This document shows positions 26,546 through 36,507 of a stretch of DNA of 64,000 nt, piece by piece (the stretch's first letter is position 1; every line of letters starts with the position of its first letter). Both the position numbers and the translations under genes were made by a program. The stretch comes from Spirochaetota bacterium (lineage in GTDB: Bacteria > Spirochaetota > UBA4802 > UBA5550): the NCBI GenBank assembly GCA_963663865.1, contig OY760686.1, positions 2,912,001-2,976,000 on the forward strand. Reading direction: 5' to 3'. Below the pieces are notes generated by a model. It was not told the origin of the DNA. It did not search any database and saw only the letters and a list, made by a program, of their open reading frames with translations.

Positions 26546-27673
26546 CTATTGGAGATCAAAGAACATCCACTTAACATACCTTCTGACTGCCTCCATCTCC
26601 ATTCCATAACCGAGGTAGTAACCGTCAACCCAGACCTCAAAATGCAGATGACTCTGGTCCGTGTTGCCTCTCGTCTCCCCCAGCAGTCCCGAATTGCCCG
26701 CATATCCGAGCTTCTGTCCGCGCTTAACCTTTTTTCCGGCCTTAATTCCAGAAGCAATTTTCGAGAGATGGTTATATGTAACAACAACACCATTGCCGTG
26801 ATCAACCCAGACCTGCCTGCCGCCGAAGTCCCGTTTCACAAACGTTGTAGGGAATTTAGACTTGTATGAGGACTTTGCTCTCCACTCATCTTCCGTCATC
26901 GGCTTGTACCCGTGATCGGCCCTAATAACAACCCCGTCTCCGGCAGAAACTACCTCGGTATTGAAATTTACGGGAACGGCATCGAATGAGCCCTCTTCGT
27001 GATAGTAAAGTATATCAAGCCCCACATGCCTGCCGCCTCTGTAAGACCTGGGCGCGTTGGGATAGTTATAATCGCTCTCCGGAAGATATCCGTTTTTTAT
27101 GGGATATTGAAGCCCCTTAAGCCTTCTATCAAAATAGCTTATACGGGAACTCCCCATATAGCAGGCAACCTCAGCTATTGCCGCGTATCCCCCGTAGGTT
27201 TCTGCAGCGGGCACGTAGATTCTAAAGGTGCTGGCGTCGACACCTCCGAGATCAATGCTCACGAAACCGTCATTATCATCCATTGAATCACGAATGTCCT
27301 CATCAAGCAGGTTAATTTTGGCAAAGTCGAACCACTCCCCCTCGTAGAGAAACTGAAGCCTGAACCCCTTTATTGTTTCATAGTTATTCTTCTTTCCAGG
27401 CTTAACAGCCATTCTTGTAAACAGCCTCTTTACGCCGAAGTCAACTTCAAGCCAGTGGTCAGCCCCAGTTGATGATGATATCCATGATGTTGATGCATCC
27501 TCATCAATGGCCTTGTCTCCCCTGTAAATGCTCGCGTATGACGAGCTTGCGGCATAGTATATCTTCTGCATTGAATTCTGACCACTGAGAATATACTCCT
27601 TTCCGTTAGTGTCTCGTACTGGCACCTGTGTCACGGCGAGTACCGCGGCACAGCAAATTGCTGCGAAATTCAT
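26546..27673 (-). CDS. Discoidin (F5/8 type C) domain plus M23 peptidase
   Basis: ASSSY..KAIDEDASTSW..HWLEVDFG; M23 motifs HVGLD, YNHL, HLHFE. Confidence 0.85.
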   Translation of the reverse strand: MNFAAICCAAVLAVTQVPVRDTNGKEYILSGQNSMQKIYYAASSSYASIYRGDKAIDEDASTSWISSSTGADHWLEVDFGVKRLFTRMAVKPGKKNNYETIKGFRLQFLYEGEWFDFAKINLLDEDIRDSMDDNDGFVSIDLGGVDASTFRIYVPAAETYGGYAAIAEVACYMGSSRISYFDRRLKGLQYPIKNGYLPESDYNYPNAPRSYRGGRHVGLDILYYHEEGSFDAVPVNFNTEVVSAGDGVVIRADHGYKPMTEDEWRAKSSYKSKFPTTFVKRDFGGRQVWVDHGNGVVVTYNHLSKIASGIKAGKKVKRGQKLGYAGNSGLLGETRGNTDQSHLHFEVWVDGYYLGYGMEMEAVRRYVKWMFFDLQ

Positions 27674-27694
27674 CTATTAAGTCCTCCGAATGTT

Positions 27695-28954
27695 CTAATC
27701 AATATTAAGGGCTTTGTAGTGCAGTTTAATCAGAGCGGGTAAAGTTGAAAGCACCGGGATAGCGGCTCCCGCCGCCAGAATTGCTTTTCCAAGATCATCA
27801 GGCACAGAGAGGCTGATCTTCAATCCCGCGACAAGAGGGATCTCCTTTATCAGGCCGGCAGAGTAACGGATAGCAGCAAGAGCGCAGCCTGACGCGGCCA
27901 GGCCGAGAACAAGATACTTTATGACCACAGCTGAAGACAGAAAGAGCTTCGAGGCGCCAACCATTCTCATAATACGGTAGTACTCAATCCTGTTCATTAC
28001 CGCAATCATTGTCGAGAACGCAACAGCAACCGTCGTTATGAAAATCACCAGGTACATAAGTCCGTCAATAAGCAAAGCTGCGTTTTTCTTGAGAGCTACA
28101 ATATGACCTGAAAGGCTCTTCTCGGTTTCAACATTGAAGCCCATTTTTGATATTCGGGATGAGGCCTTTAAAAGTTCCGAATGTCCCTTTGCCTCAACAA
28201 AAGCATACAGGTACTCGTCGTATCCGGGATTATACTTTCTGTTGTACATCCTCATCGCCGGCTCAGGTACAACCAGAGCAAGCGAGTCTATTCTGTTAGT
28301 GATACCGGCAACAGATGCTCTTGTTATCACATGATCTTCAAGCTCCTTGATGCTTGAGCGGCCGAATGCCAGCGAAAAGCTCATCCCCTCGGCAGCCTTA
28401 GCTGAAATTCTTGGAAGGTTATTTGCGTCAGCCATGCCGTCATTATACGCGTCAAGAATTGTCTCGGGGATAAGAACCGGCATTTCTCCATCAAAGTCTC
28501 CCGATGACCAGCGTCTCCGGGCCTCCCCTGATTTAAGATCCCTGCTGATATATCTGTAAGGCACACCAAGCGCCGAAAGATCCGTCCTGTAGTTTAGTCC
28601 AAAAAAGGATATTTTAGCCTGCATCGGTATGGCTGATGCCATGACCGGATAAACGCTTTTGATTCCGTCCATGCGCCTGATCTTCGACACAGCCTGCCCG
28701 TCAAGCTGCTTGACTGACGGGTCTTTGCTTTTAAAAAAAAGAACTCCTGTCTCCTTTTGAAGCGGAGAGACTTTCATGGTATTCGGCGGTATCACCGAGG
28801 CAAAACGCCTGTCAATATAGTCACTGAAATTTGAACCAGCGATGTAAAAGAAGGCAGCCGATATCACCGAAGCAAAAATAGAGCAGAACACTATAAGGCT
28901 GATGAATCTTCCGCTGAAGATTTCTTTAAGAACAAGTAACGGCTTCTGTATCAT
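27695..28954 (-). CDS. Type VII ABC permease (MacB/FtsX/LolC-like)
   Basis: One N-terminal TM, a large periplasmic domain, NRIEYYRIMRMVGAS motif and three C-terminal TMs. Confidence 0.82.
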   Translation of the reverse strand: MIQKPLLVLKEIFSGRFISLIVFCSIFASVISAAFFYIAGSNFSDYIDRRFASVIPPNTMKVSPLQKETGVLFFKSKDPSVKQLDGQAVSKIRRMDGIKSVYPVMASAIPMQAKISFFGLNYRTDLSALGVPYRYISRDLKSGEARRRWSSGDFDGEMPVLIPETILDAYNDGMADANNLPRISAKAAEGMSFSLAFGRSSIKELEDHVITRASVAGITNRIDSLALVVPEPAMRMYNRKYNPGYDEYLYAFVEAKGHSELLKASSRISKMGFNVETEKSLSGHIVALKKNAALLIDGLMYLVIFITTVAVAFSTMIAVMNRIEYYRIMRMVGASKLFLSSAVVIKYLVLGLAASGCALAAIRYSAGLIKEIPLVAGLKISLSVPDDLGKAILAAGAAIPVLSTLPALIKLHYKALNID

Positions 28955-29619
28955 ATCAGCTTAAGCACCCCGTCTTCCATATTGTAAACCCTGTCCGAAC
29001 GCTCATGCATGTAGTCAGTGTGAGTAATAATAAGAACAGATGTTCCGCTGCTCTTGATGTCCTCAAGAATCGAAAATATCTCCAGGGCGGTTTGCTTATC
29101 AAGATTGGCTGTAGGCTCATCCGCAAGGATCAACGACGGCCTGTTTATAAGAGCGCGGGCAATAGCAACCCGCTGCTTCTGGCCTCCCGATAGCCGTCCG
29201 GCGCGGGTATTTCTGTACTTGTATATCCTCAGCCTGCTCATAAGCTCGCGGGCATAGAGAACCGTATCACTGCCGACCTTTCCGCGTATACGCGCCGGCA
29301 GCAGGACATTCGCGAAAACCGTTTCATCGGGGATCAGTCTGAAATTCTGGAAGATGAAGCCAAGATGCCTGTTCCGGCGCCTCGAGGCAAGGATGTCAAA
29401 AAAGTTGAAAATCCTTCTTCCTCGTAAATGCAGCTTCCCATGGTCTGATGAGATGACGCCCGCAATGATGTTGAGCATCGTTGTTTTCCCGCATCCCGAC
29501 TTTCCAGTGACAGAGACTATTTCGCCCTCTCCTATATCAAGAGAGAGCCCCCTGAGAACGGGGGTCCTGACACCGGCGATGCGGAAGCTCTTATGAATAT
29601 TATCAAGCTTTAGGAGCAT
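28951..29619 (-). CDS. ABC ATP-binding protein (LolD/FtsE/MacB-like)
   Basis: [34 protein letters not shown]. Confidence 0.93.
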   Translation of the reverse strand: MLLKLDNIHKSFRIAGVRTPVLRGLSLDIGEGEIVSVTGKSGCGKTTMLNIIAGVISSDHGKLHLRGRRIFNFFDILASRRRNRHLGFIFQNFRLIPDETVFANVLLPARIRGKVGSDTVLYARELMSRLRIYKYRNTRAGRLSGGQKQRVAIARALINRPSLILADEPTANLDKQTALEIFSILEDIKSSGTSVLIITHTDYMHERSDRVYNMEDGVLKLI

Positions 29620-29621
29620 AG

Positions 29622-29804
29622 CTATTCAGAAAGAAGCTTTCCGCCGACCCCCCAGTTTTCCCTGTCATGCTCTTCAATGAGCACGTATGTGGCAGAGGGC
29701 TTCTTGCCGGCGGTTTCTTCAAGAAGCGACGTAATTCCTTCTACAATCTTTCTCTTCTGGTCAACGGTAAGACCTCCGCCGACTTTGACATTGACAAACG
29801 GCAT
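29622..29804 (-). CDS. 4-oxalocrotonate tautomerase family protein
   Basis: Pro1 after Met (MPFVNVK) with GGAGG SD; 60 aa ending ENWGVGG. Confidence 0.9.
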   Translation of the reverse strand: MPFVNVKVGGGLTVDQKRKIVEGITSLLEETAGKKPSATYVLIEEHDRENWGVGGKLLSE

Positions 29805-29870
29805 ATATACCTCCACAAATAACGTAGACTATTAATACCTACGCCCGCGGCGATGTCAAGCAAACTCTGT

Positions 29871-31931
29871 TTACTTTAGAATCAATGGGAAGGTTGCAGA
29901 TACATTCACCTTCACAAGGGGATCCCTCTTCAAATCAGAGTGATCCAAAACGTTGTGAGCGACAATCTCTCCACCATGCCTTTGTACAATTTTATCAACC
30001 ATAGTCAGGCCTACACCAAAGTCAAGCGTGCCGAAGGAGTCATATACATATTTGGAGAGCCTGTAGAAAGGCTCAAATATCGCCTTTTCATACTCAGGCG
30101 GAACACCTGTAATGTTCTCGTCAGCCTTTTCCGGATCGTTGACTATGGATATTACGGCATTTGAACCTGAATTGTGGAGCATCACGGCAATTATCGTGTT
30201 CTTTTTGGAAAACTTCATAGCATTGAGAAGAAGCTCTCTCATCGCCGAGTATAAATATTCACGGTTGATATTAATTCTCTCCAGAGCTATCAGAGGATCC
30301 AGTTCATTGATAATAATCTTCTGGTTTCTTAATATCAGAAAATCAGAGAGGTCCGAAATAATCATCCGGACAAAATAATGGAGTTCCTTGAGTGTAACCG
30401 GCCCGAGCTCAAATTCGTTACCTATTATCCAGTCAATAGTCGAAAAAACTTTGAAGGCGTTTTGAGCTATAACAATATTCTTTCCAATAAGCTCAAGAAC
30501 TCCGCTGTCAACAGCAGTTCTGCTTCCCTTATCTTCAGCTCCGCTCATCAGCATTTCAAAAAGGGTAATCATGGCGCCGAAACCGGCTCCCTGGGTAAAG
30601 CTGTTATTAATGTTTCTGAAGAGGCTTCTGTCCGAGCGGGAAACATTACGCGCAACCATCATATCTTTCCATTCGCGCCAGTTCATCTCCATGTCTATCT
30701 GGCCTATTTTGTCTTCGGAAATAGTATCACGTATCTTTTCCAGCTCCATCCTCTCTCGCCTTTCAGCAGTTATATCGTCAGCAAGAATGATGTATCTGCA
30801 GTTTGCCTCATCATCCTCCATAATTCTGGAAACCGTGGCTTTTGTGTAATATATCTCACCGGATTTGCTCAGGCCATACATCTCATTCCGCCATTTTTCT
30901 CCAGCGGTAATCTCCTGCCACAGCTCGGGTTCCGGAAGAACCGGGTTGCCCGGCTTTGTGATATCAGCACCGACAACCTCATCCATGGCGAAACCGGAGA
31001 TTTCAAGAAAGCGGGTGTTCACGTATTCAATCTGAGCTTTTGGATTCACAATAATAGCCATGAACGGCATTTGATTTATCGCATAGCTGAAAACTCTTAT
31101 GTTTCTCTCGCTGGCCTCTCTGAGCCTTATCTCATTCTGTAGTGTCTTGTTAACCGATACTATCTCAGCAGTGCGCTCTTCAACTCTTCGCTCCAGACTC
31201 TCCTTGTACTCAAGAAGCTCCTTCTCGGCGAGTTTGGCCTTAGTGATGTCCCTGACAATCACAAGGGCCGTATCCTCTGCCGAAGGAATTATTCTTGCCT
31301 CAAAGTATTTTTCATAAGGATCTTCCTCAATCGAGTACTCAAATGACTCGGGACTGTCCGCTTCAACGGCTTTCCTCACCATGCCGGAAGCATGCCGTGC
31401 GACCTGCTCGGGCCAGATTTTTCGAGCAATAGCGGCCTTTGAACTGTCTAAAAAGCTTCCGTCTTTTTTCAGGTTAAACATTACGTCAGGAATACTCTCA
31501 ATGATGTCCCGGTTATGCTTTTCACTTACCAAAAGCCTCTTTTCTATCTCATAGCGGTGAAGCCCGAGCTCAATAGTGCTGACGAGCATATTCCGGTTAA
31601 ATGGCTTAATAATAAAACCTGACGGCATGGTCTCCTTCGCCCTTTCGAACGTCGCATCATCCGTACCGCTTGTTATGTAGATGTGCGGAATGCTGTGTTT
31701 CGATGAAATAATTCCGGCGGCCTCCACACCGTCAAGCTCCCCGTTAAGCGTTATATCCATAAGAACGATGTCGGGCTTCATTGTGCCCGCTTTTTCAATG
31801 GCATCCTCACCTGAGTCCACCGAAGAAATGATCACATCACCGCACTTTTCAATCATCTTGCGAAGAGCAAGCGCGTCTACCCTGTCGTCTTCCACTATAA
31901 GTATTTTTTTTATTCCCGCGCACTTCCCCAT
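29871..31931 (-). CDS. Hybrid sensor: REC-PAS-PAS-atypical dimerisation domain-HATPase
   Basis: IVEDD/VLMDI/IIKPF receiver; PAS segments; ELLLNAMKFS N-box, IFEPFYR F-box, DFGVGL G-box; no His in the expected H-box. Confidence 0.85.
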   Translation of the reverse strand: MGKCAGIKKILIVEDDRVDALALRKMIEKCGDVIISSVDSGEDAIEKAGTMKPDIVLMDITLNGELDGVEAAGIISSKHSIPHIYITSGTDDATFERAKETMPSGFIIKPFNRNMLVSTIELGLHRYEIEKRLLVSEKHNRDIIESIPDVMFNLKKDGSFLDSSKAAIARKIWPEQVARHASGMVRKAVEADSPESFEYSIEEDPYEKYFEARIIPSAEDTALVIVRDITKAKLAEKELLEYKESLERRVEERTAEIVSVNKTLQNEIRLREASERNIRVFSYAINQMPFMAIIVNPKAQIEYVNTRFLEISGFAMDEVVGADITKPGNPVLPEPELWQEITAGEKWRNEMYGLSKSGEIYYTKATVSRIMEDDEANCRYIILADDITAERRERMELEKIRDTISEDKIGQIDMEMNWREWKDMMVARNVSRSDRSLFRNINNSFTQGAGFGAMITLFEMLMSGAEDKGSRTAVDSGVLELIGKNIVIAQNAFKVFSTIDWIIGNEFELGPVTLKELHYFVRMIISDLSDFLILRNQKIIINELDPLIALERININREYLYSAMRELLLNAMKFSKKNTIIAVMLHNSGSNAVISIVNDPEKADENITGVPPEYEKAIFEPFYRLSKYVYDSFGTLDFGVGLTMVDKIVQRHGGEIVAHNVLDHSDLKRDPLVKVNVSATFPLILK

Positions 31932-32114
31932 AACAGTTCCTCTTCAGGTAAATGATAGCGCTACACGCACCCGGCCACAGAATTCAGTGCCAGGTTCGGG
32001 CTGCTTTGAAGATATAATTGAACATACCTTTCAGTTCAAACGCAGAAACGGCATGAACAGCTTGACTATTTCTACCATATATTACAAACTCTGTCAATAG
32101 CCGAAAAACGGGAA

Positions 32115-33482
32115 ATGATCACGGCAAATGGAGCTTTATCAATGCAGGATTACAACGCTGAAACTGAAGAAAAACTCATCTCTCATCTGGAGAACATCCG
32201 CGAGTTTATGGATACCGCCTCGCTTACACGCATAATAAATAAATTGACGGACTACGCTGAGATAATCTCTGAAGGGAAGCTTCTATCAATCATCAACTTC
32301 AATTACAACCTGAACAGAAGCGAATCAACCCGGATACTCGACTTTCTGATTGATTCGAGGGCCGTTTCAAGGATAAATATAATCGCGAGCAAAGGCATAC
32401 GCAACCTCGACAATGAATTCATATCCAATGTGTTTTCAAATCCTCACAACCCCGAAAGCCTTTCGGCCTATATCAGCATAAGGAACATTCTTGAAAACAG
32501 GCTGACACACCAGACTCAGCAGTACAACATGAACATGAACAAGAACAATACTACACAGTCAATGCCCATTAATGAGCTGCGAGGTCACGTCAAAACAATT
32601 CTCGATTTCAGTATAAACGATATAACGCTTTCCTCAAAAGCTCAACACGGCTACATAGCCGCAACACTCCACGACGCATACGTAATCATGATCCAGAGGA
32701 CAGACTGGTGGAACGACAAAACCTACATTAAATTTTTCTTTAACGAAGACTCTCAGGACAAAAAATTCCAGCAGATAACATCACGTGAGAGCCATATGTC
32801 TCTCGCTGAAATCAACAAGCGCCTGAGCGATATTATCAGCCGGGCCGACGAGAGCGTTAATCAGACTGCGGAAAGCATCCCCGACATCAATGTGTCAGAT
32901 CACGACTTCGCCGGGGAAAGATTTCAAGTTGAACCTCAGAGAGCAAAAAACATCGGCGGCGATGATAAAATGATGCAGATTCCCTTTGCCCGTCAATACG
33001 GTGCCAGGATAGACTCCATTCTGGCGGAAATATTTGAAAAAAGAAATGTTCCGGACAGCGAAAAAGCGGCAGAAATAGCTTTTTCAATATACAATAACTA
33101 CGAAAGCAATAATGGGACTCTTGGTTCTTACGCAGACAAAGCGCAAATAGCCGATCTCGCCACATGGCTTATAAGATCAGACCTCGACATAAAATCCTTC
33201 ACGGAAAAGATGATACTTCCGGGAAGGAAGGACACTCTCAGCAGGTTTTTGAACGAAGACAGAAAAAAAAGCCTCAATAGCTTTATTGCCGAACTTTTCG
33301 GCCTCTATTTCAATGAAATGTTCAGAGTACTCTTTAGAATCATCAGAAGTCCGGAAATCATCAAGTTCGCATGCGCCTTCACAATCAAGAGAATCTACCT
33401 GACAAGGGGAGAAAACCTCGGCACTTTCGGGTATTTCCTCATAAACAGCATTGCTAAAGCAGGCCGAATTAAAACCGGATAG
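32115..33482 (+). CDS. Hypothetical cytoplasmic protein (455 aa)
   Basis: Long ORF, helical composition, no motif recognised. Confidence 0.8.
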   Translation: MITANGALSMQDYNAETEEKLISHLENIREFMDTASLTRIINKLTDYAEIISEGKLLSIINFNYNLNRSESTRILDFLIDSRAVSRINIIASKGIRNLDNEFISNVFSNPHNPESLSAYISIRNILENRLTHQTQQYNMNMNKNNTTQSMPINELRGHVKTILDFSINDITLSSKAQHGYIAATLHDAYVIMIQRTDWWNDKTYIKFFFNEDSQDKKFQQITSRESHMSLAEINKRLSDIISRADESVNQTAESIPDINVSDHDFAGERFQVEPQRAKNIGGDDKMMQIPFARQYGARIDSILAEIFEKRNVPDSEKAAEIAFSIYNNYESNNGTLGSYADKAQIADLATWLIRSDLDIKSFTEKMILPGRKDTLSRFLNEDRKKSLNSFIAELFGLYFNEMFRVLFRIIRSPEIIKFACAFTIKRIYLTRGENLGTFGYFLINSIAKAGRIKTG

Positions 33483-33485
33483 TCC

Positions 33486-33794
33486 TCATCGGACAGAGAG
33501 TACTTCCTCCATAACGTCATCGGGAGCATCGATAAACTCTACACCCATCCCGGCCTTTGTTCCGTCCGGTTCCTCATCTCTTGTCCACTTGACAACAGCT
33601 TCAACCTCGGCATGACTTCCGTTTTCAAGATACATCAGCAGAGAAACCTTTGTTTTCTCAGCTGGAGGCTCGGGGGTTGCGATGAAAAGACCGCCTGGAC
33701 TCACATCTACAGTACTGCTGAATGTGAACGAATCCGAAGTAACCTCACACTTGATTGACTTAAGCACCCGCTCATTTTTGCGTTTTTCATTCAT
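33486..33794 (-). CDS. Stand-alone PilZ domain protein
   Basis: RKNER (RxxxR) and DVSPGG (DxSxxG), GMGVEF. Confidence 0.9.
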   Translation of the reverse strand: MNEKRKNERVLKSIKCEVTSDSFTFSSTVDVSPGGLFIATPEPPAEKTKVSLLMYLENGSHAEVEAVVKWTRDEEPDGTKAGMGVEFIDAPDDVMEEVLSVR

Positions 33795-33966
33795 ATTCCT
33801 GCTCCGAATAGTATTTCATTACAAAGCCGCCGCGGAACGCTCGGCGCTCTGTCTAAATAAACATCTTCGACTTTTATACATATTGACAAAATTTACAATC
33901 TTTTTTTCTTTTATTAAATCCGCTATAATGATAATAATAAAAAATTAACTCAGCGATTATATCCTT

Positions 33967-34563
33967 ATGAAAACCGGCCAAATAAAAATATTCTACATAA
34001 AAAGGAGGATAATTTTCCCCGGTTCAACAGTCAAAGTTGAACTCAAGTCACCCGGCGCGGACACAGTAATGAAAGGAAATACAATTCTTGCCTTCCCCGT
34101 TAAAACGATACTCTCTCTTTTCATGGCGAAAAAAAGGGTTGCAACTATTTGTGAAGTCGTTAACACTCAGAGAGAGATGAATTCTGTAAAAATTGAGCTG
34201 CGTGGACTGGAACGGGTTTTCATAAAAAAGATTTACAGGCTTAGAACGGCAGACTATGAAGAGATTGGAAACAAGAGCGTAAGCTCATACCCGGAACGCC
34301 TCAACTCCCTGAAGAGAAAGGCACAGGAGTTGATTTTTCTGATTAATGTTGATGAGTCTGACAAACTTATATCCCTGCTTAACTACATCTCAGACCTTGG
34401 CCAGATGACTGATTTTATTGCAAACTACTTCGTTCTTGACATTTCAAGAAGATACGAACTTTTCACTTTAACGGATACAGAAGAAAGATCCGATACCCTT
34501 TTGACTGTTCTTGACAAACTTATACACGATATTAATTCAAAAAGGACTATTTTAGAAATATGA
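33967..34563 (+). CDS. Stand-alone Lon substrate-binding (N) domain protein
   Basis: IIFPG, IELRGLERV, and TDFIAN..RRYELF...ERSDTLL helices; no AAA+ or protease domain. Confidence 0.72.
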   Translation: MKTGQIKIFYIKRRIIFPGSTVKVELKSPGADTVMKGNTILAFPVKTILSLFMAKKRVATICEVVNTQREMNSVKIELRGLERVFIKKIYRLRTADYEEIGNKSVSSYPERLNSLKRKAQELIFLINVDESDKLISLLNYISDLGQMTDFIANYFVLDISRRYELFTLTDTEERSDTLLTVLDKLIHDINSKRTILEI

Positions 34564-34985
34564 AAGTTGATATTCGCTCTAATGAGGTATTTTATAAGAT
34601 ACAGTGGTCAAAGATTATCCCCTACGAGAAGTACAGCTCTTCACGAATTCTTCCTGAACTACCGGGAATTATCTGCATTATGAAAAACAGGAGGCCCGAT
34701 CCTGAGCCTCTTATATTCTTTGAATGCTGGCGTGACGGCCTGCGTGACGGCTTGAGAATATTTATGGACCCAAACAGAAAAAAGTTCAGCGATATACTTG
34801 AACAGATCAGAGAGCTTGAGCTCATGTACATGTACACTATAATTGACACCACTCCCCGCGACATTCAGGATATTCTCTTCTTTCTTATAAACACATACAA
34901 GCCACCGTTCAATAATACCAGCACCTTCAAAGACTCCGGCCGCTTCAGGGGAATAAATGTTAAGGAGCTGTTTACCGTATCATAA
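34560..34985 (+). CDS. Hypothetical protein with a degenerate GIY-YIG-like pattern
   Basis: LPELPGII...LINTYKPPFN; 4-bp overlap with the Lon-N gene. Confidence 0.6.
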   Translation: MKVDIRSNEVFYKIQWSKIIPYEKYSSSRILPELPGIICIMKNRRPDPEPLIFFECWRDGLRDGLRIFMDPNRKKFSDILEQIRELELMYMYTIIDTTPRDIQDILFFLINTYKPPFNNTSTFKDSGRFRGINVKELFTVS

Positions 34986-35630
34986 TACCGGTGCAAGCCT
35001 CAGATCTTCAGGGGTATAGACAGCCGAAACATTTTTCTTTAAAAGAATAAACTCAAGAACATACTTAAGACGGGCGGCCGCGTCCAGAGGCGAGGACAGC
35101 CTGTCATCGCTTCGGGGAGAGAACTGCTGAATTCTTTTCACATTCAGGCAGCGCCTGTTCCTGTCGGGTTCAAAAACATCCTTTCTAAAAAGAACAAAAG
35201 TATCATATACAGCCTTGATTATCTCCCTCGATTGAATCATATTCGCGATAAAGAGATTTGAATCAGGATCATGCAGATTTCTCGTGAAGAACTTCAGGAG
35301 CTTGAGAACTATTTCCGGATACAGATGAACATTAATAATCTCGACTATCCTTGACTCAAGCTCCCTGTCGGACATCCTTCTGCAGGGGTACGCGTCGCTC
35401 GGGCTGTCCCAGTATCCGGTCATTGCTTTAAAAAATGCAAAATCCAGAAACCTGTCAATAGTATCTTTCTTCATGTAATCGGATTCGCCGTAGCTTGCCT
35501 CAAGGATATGCTCCGCTACCTGTTCAATATCGTGCTCTTTAAGAAGCGTCTCATAATCGATGATCACGCTTCCGCCGGATATGATCTCTTCCGGAGTCAG
35601 CTGTTTCCATTTTCTTTTTGGTCCGGCCAT
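34980..35630 (-). CDS. Hypothetical protein (216 aa)
   Basis: ORF with AGGA SD; last gene of the yidD-like cluster. Confidence 0.75.
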   Translation of the reverse strand: MAGPKRKWKQLTPEEIISGGSVIIDYETLLKEHDIEQVAEHILEASYGESDYMKKDTIDRFLDFAFFKAMTGYWDSPSDAYPCRRMSDRELESRIVEIINVHLYPEIVLKLLKFFTRNLHDPDSNLFIANMIQSREIIKAVYDTFVLFRKDVFEPDRNRRCLNVKRIQQFSPRSDDRLSSPLDAAARLKYVLEFILLKKNVSAVYTPEDLRLAPVL

Positions 35631-35643
35631 GGGATTCCTATTT

Positions 35644-36507
35644 TTAAAATTCCTTTTTCAAACCGAGCCTGATCCTTCTATTAAGCCTCTCAGGCGAATT
35701 GTATTTTTCCACTTCGCGCAGCCCCCCGTAAAGAGAATACTGATAGAAGCTGAGTCCCATCATCCCGAAAAGAAAGCCTTCGAAGTTATTCCCCGTGCTG
35801 AAACCGTAACAGCTCAAAGAAATCATGAGGACGTTTGACACAAACGACGCCGCTCCGGTGACATAGTCTCCCGTATAAAAGAAACCAAATCCAGGAAGAA
35901 CAATCGAACCAATTAATGCGGCTGAGGCGCTTTTTTTAGGCCGGTTCATTTCTTCCATAATCTCATTGTTAAGGTTTTGCACCCCGCTGCTATAGATTCC
36001 TTCAGGATATGCGCTTCTGTATTCGTTCATATACAAGAATGCTCTTCGGTAATCGCCTGCCAGCGCGGCAGCGGCGCACCGTTCATAATAAACTGTTTCG
36101 GAAAATTCGCCGCCTCCATAAAGCGATATATAGCCGGAATAGCCGCGCATAGCGAAAAATGGAGAACCTGAAAGCAGGCGCATCTTTGAAATCCGGTACA
36201 ACGCCTCTCCTCCTTCGGGCCTTCCTGAATATGCTGAAGCTATATCCTCAAAAAGACTGGAAGCCTTCCCGTAATTATTGCCCATGTAATACGACTTGGC
36301 CATCAGCAGCCTGCTTTCCGCGAGCATATCTCCATCCGGATAGTAGCTGCCGTAGCGCATACACTCTGTAACTGCGCTGTAGTACTCCCTGTTGACGTAG
36401 TACTCCTTTGCCAAATCAATAATTTCACTGCCGTCATAAGGATTTGCCCGCAGAGCTGCCCCGCCCGAGGCCAGCAACGCAATCAAAACAAATGCCGCAC
36501 TCCTCAT
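35644..36507 (-). CDS. Exported TPR (BamD/YfiO-like) protein with C-terminal TM2-like membrane domain
   Basis: Signal peptide; repeats with YPDG/YSGRP/YPEG turns; KKSASAALIGSIVLPGFGFFYTG followed by hydrophobic helices. Confidence 0.75.
   Translation of the reverse strand: MRSAAFVLIALLASGGAALRANPYDGSEIIDLAKEYYVNREYYSAVTECMRYGSYYPDGDMLAESRLLMAKSYYMGNNYGKASSLFEDIASAYSGRPEGGEALYRISKMRLLSGSPFFAMRGYSGYISLYGGGEFSETVYYERCAAAALAGDYRRAFLYMNEYRSAYPEGIYSSGVQNLNNEIMEEMNRPKKSASAALIGSIVLPGFGFFYTGDYVTGAASFVSNVLMISLSCYGFSTGNNFEGFLFGMMGLSFYQYSLYGGLREVEKYNSPERLNRRIRLGLKKEF

Noticed and set aside
30378-31142. Long antisense ORFs (254 aa here; also 2804-3451, 15278-15868, 62644-63213 and others)
   Set aside because: They are shadow frames of well-supported genes on the opposite strand and show no motifs.
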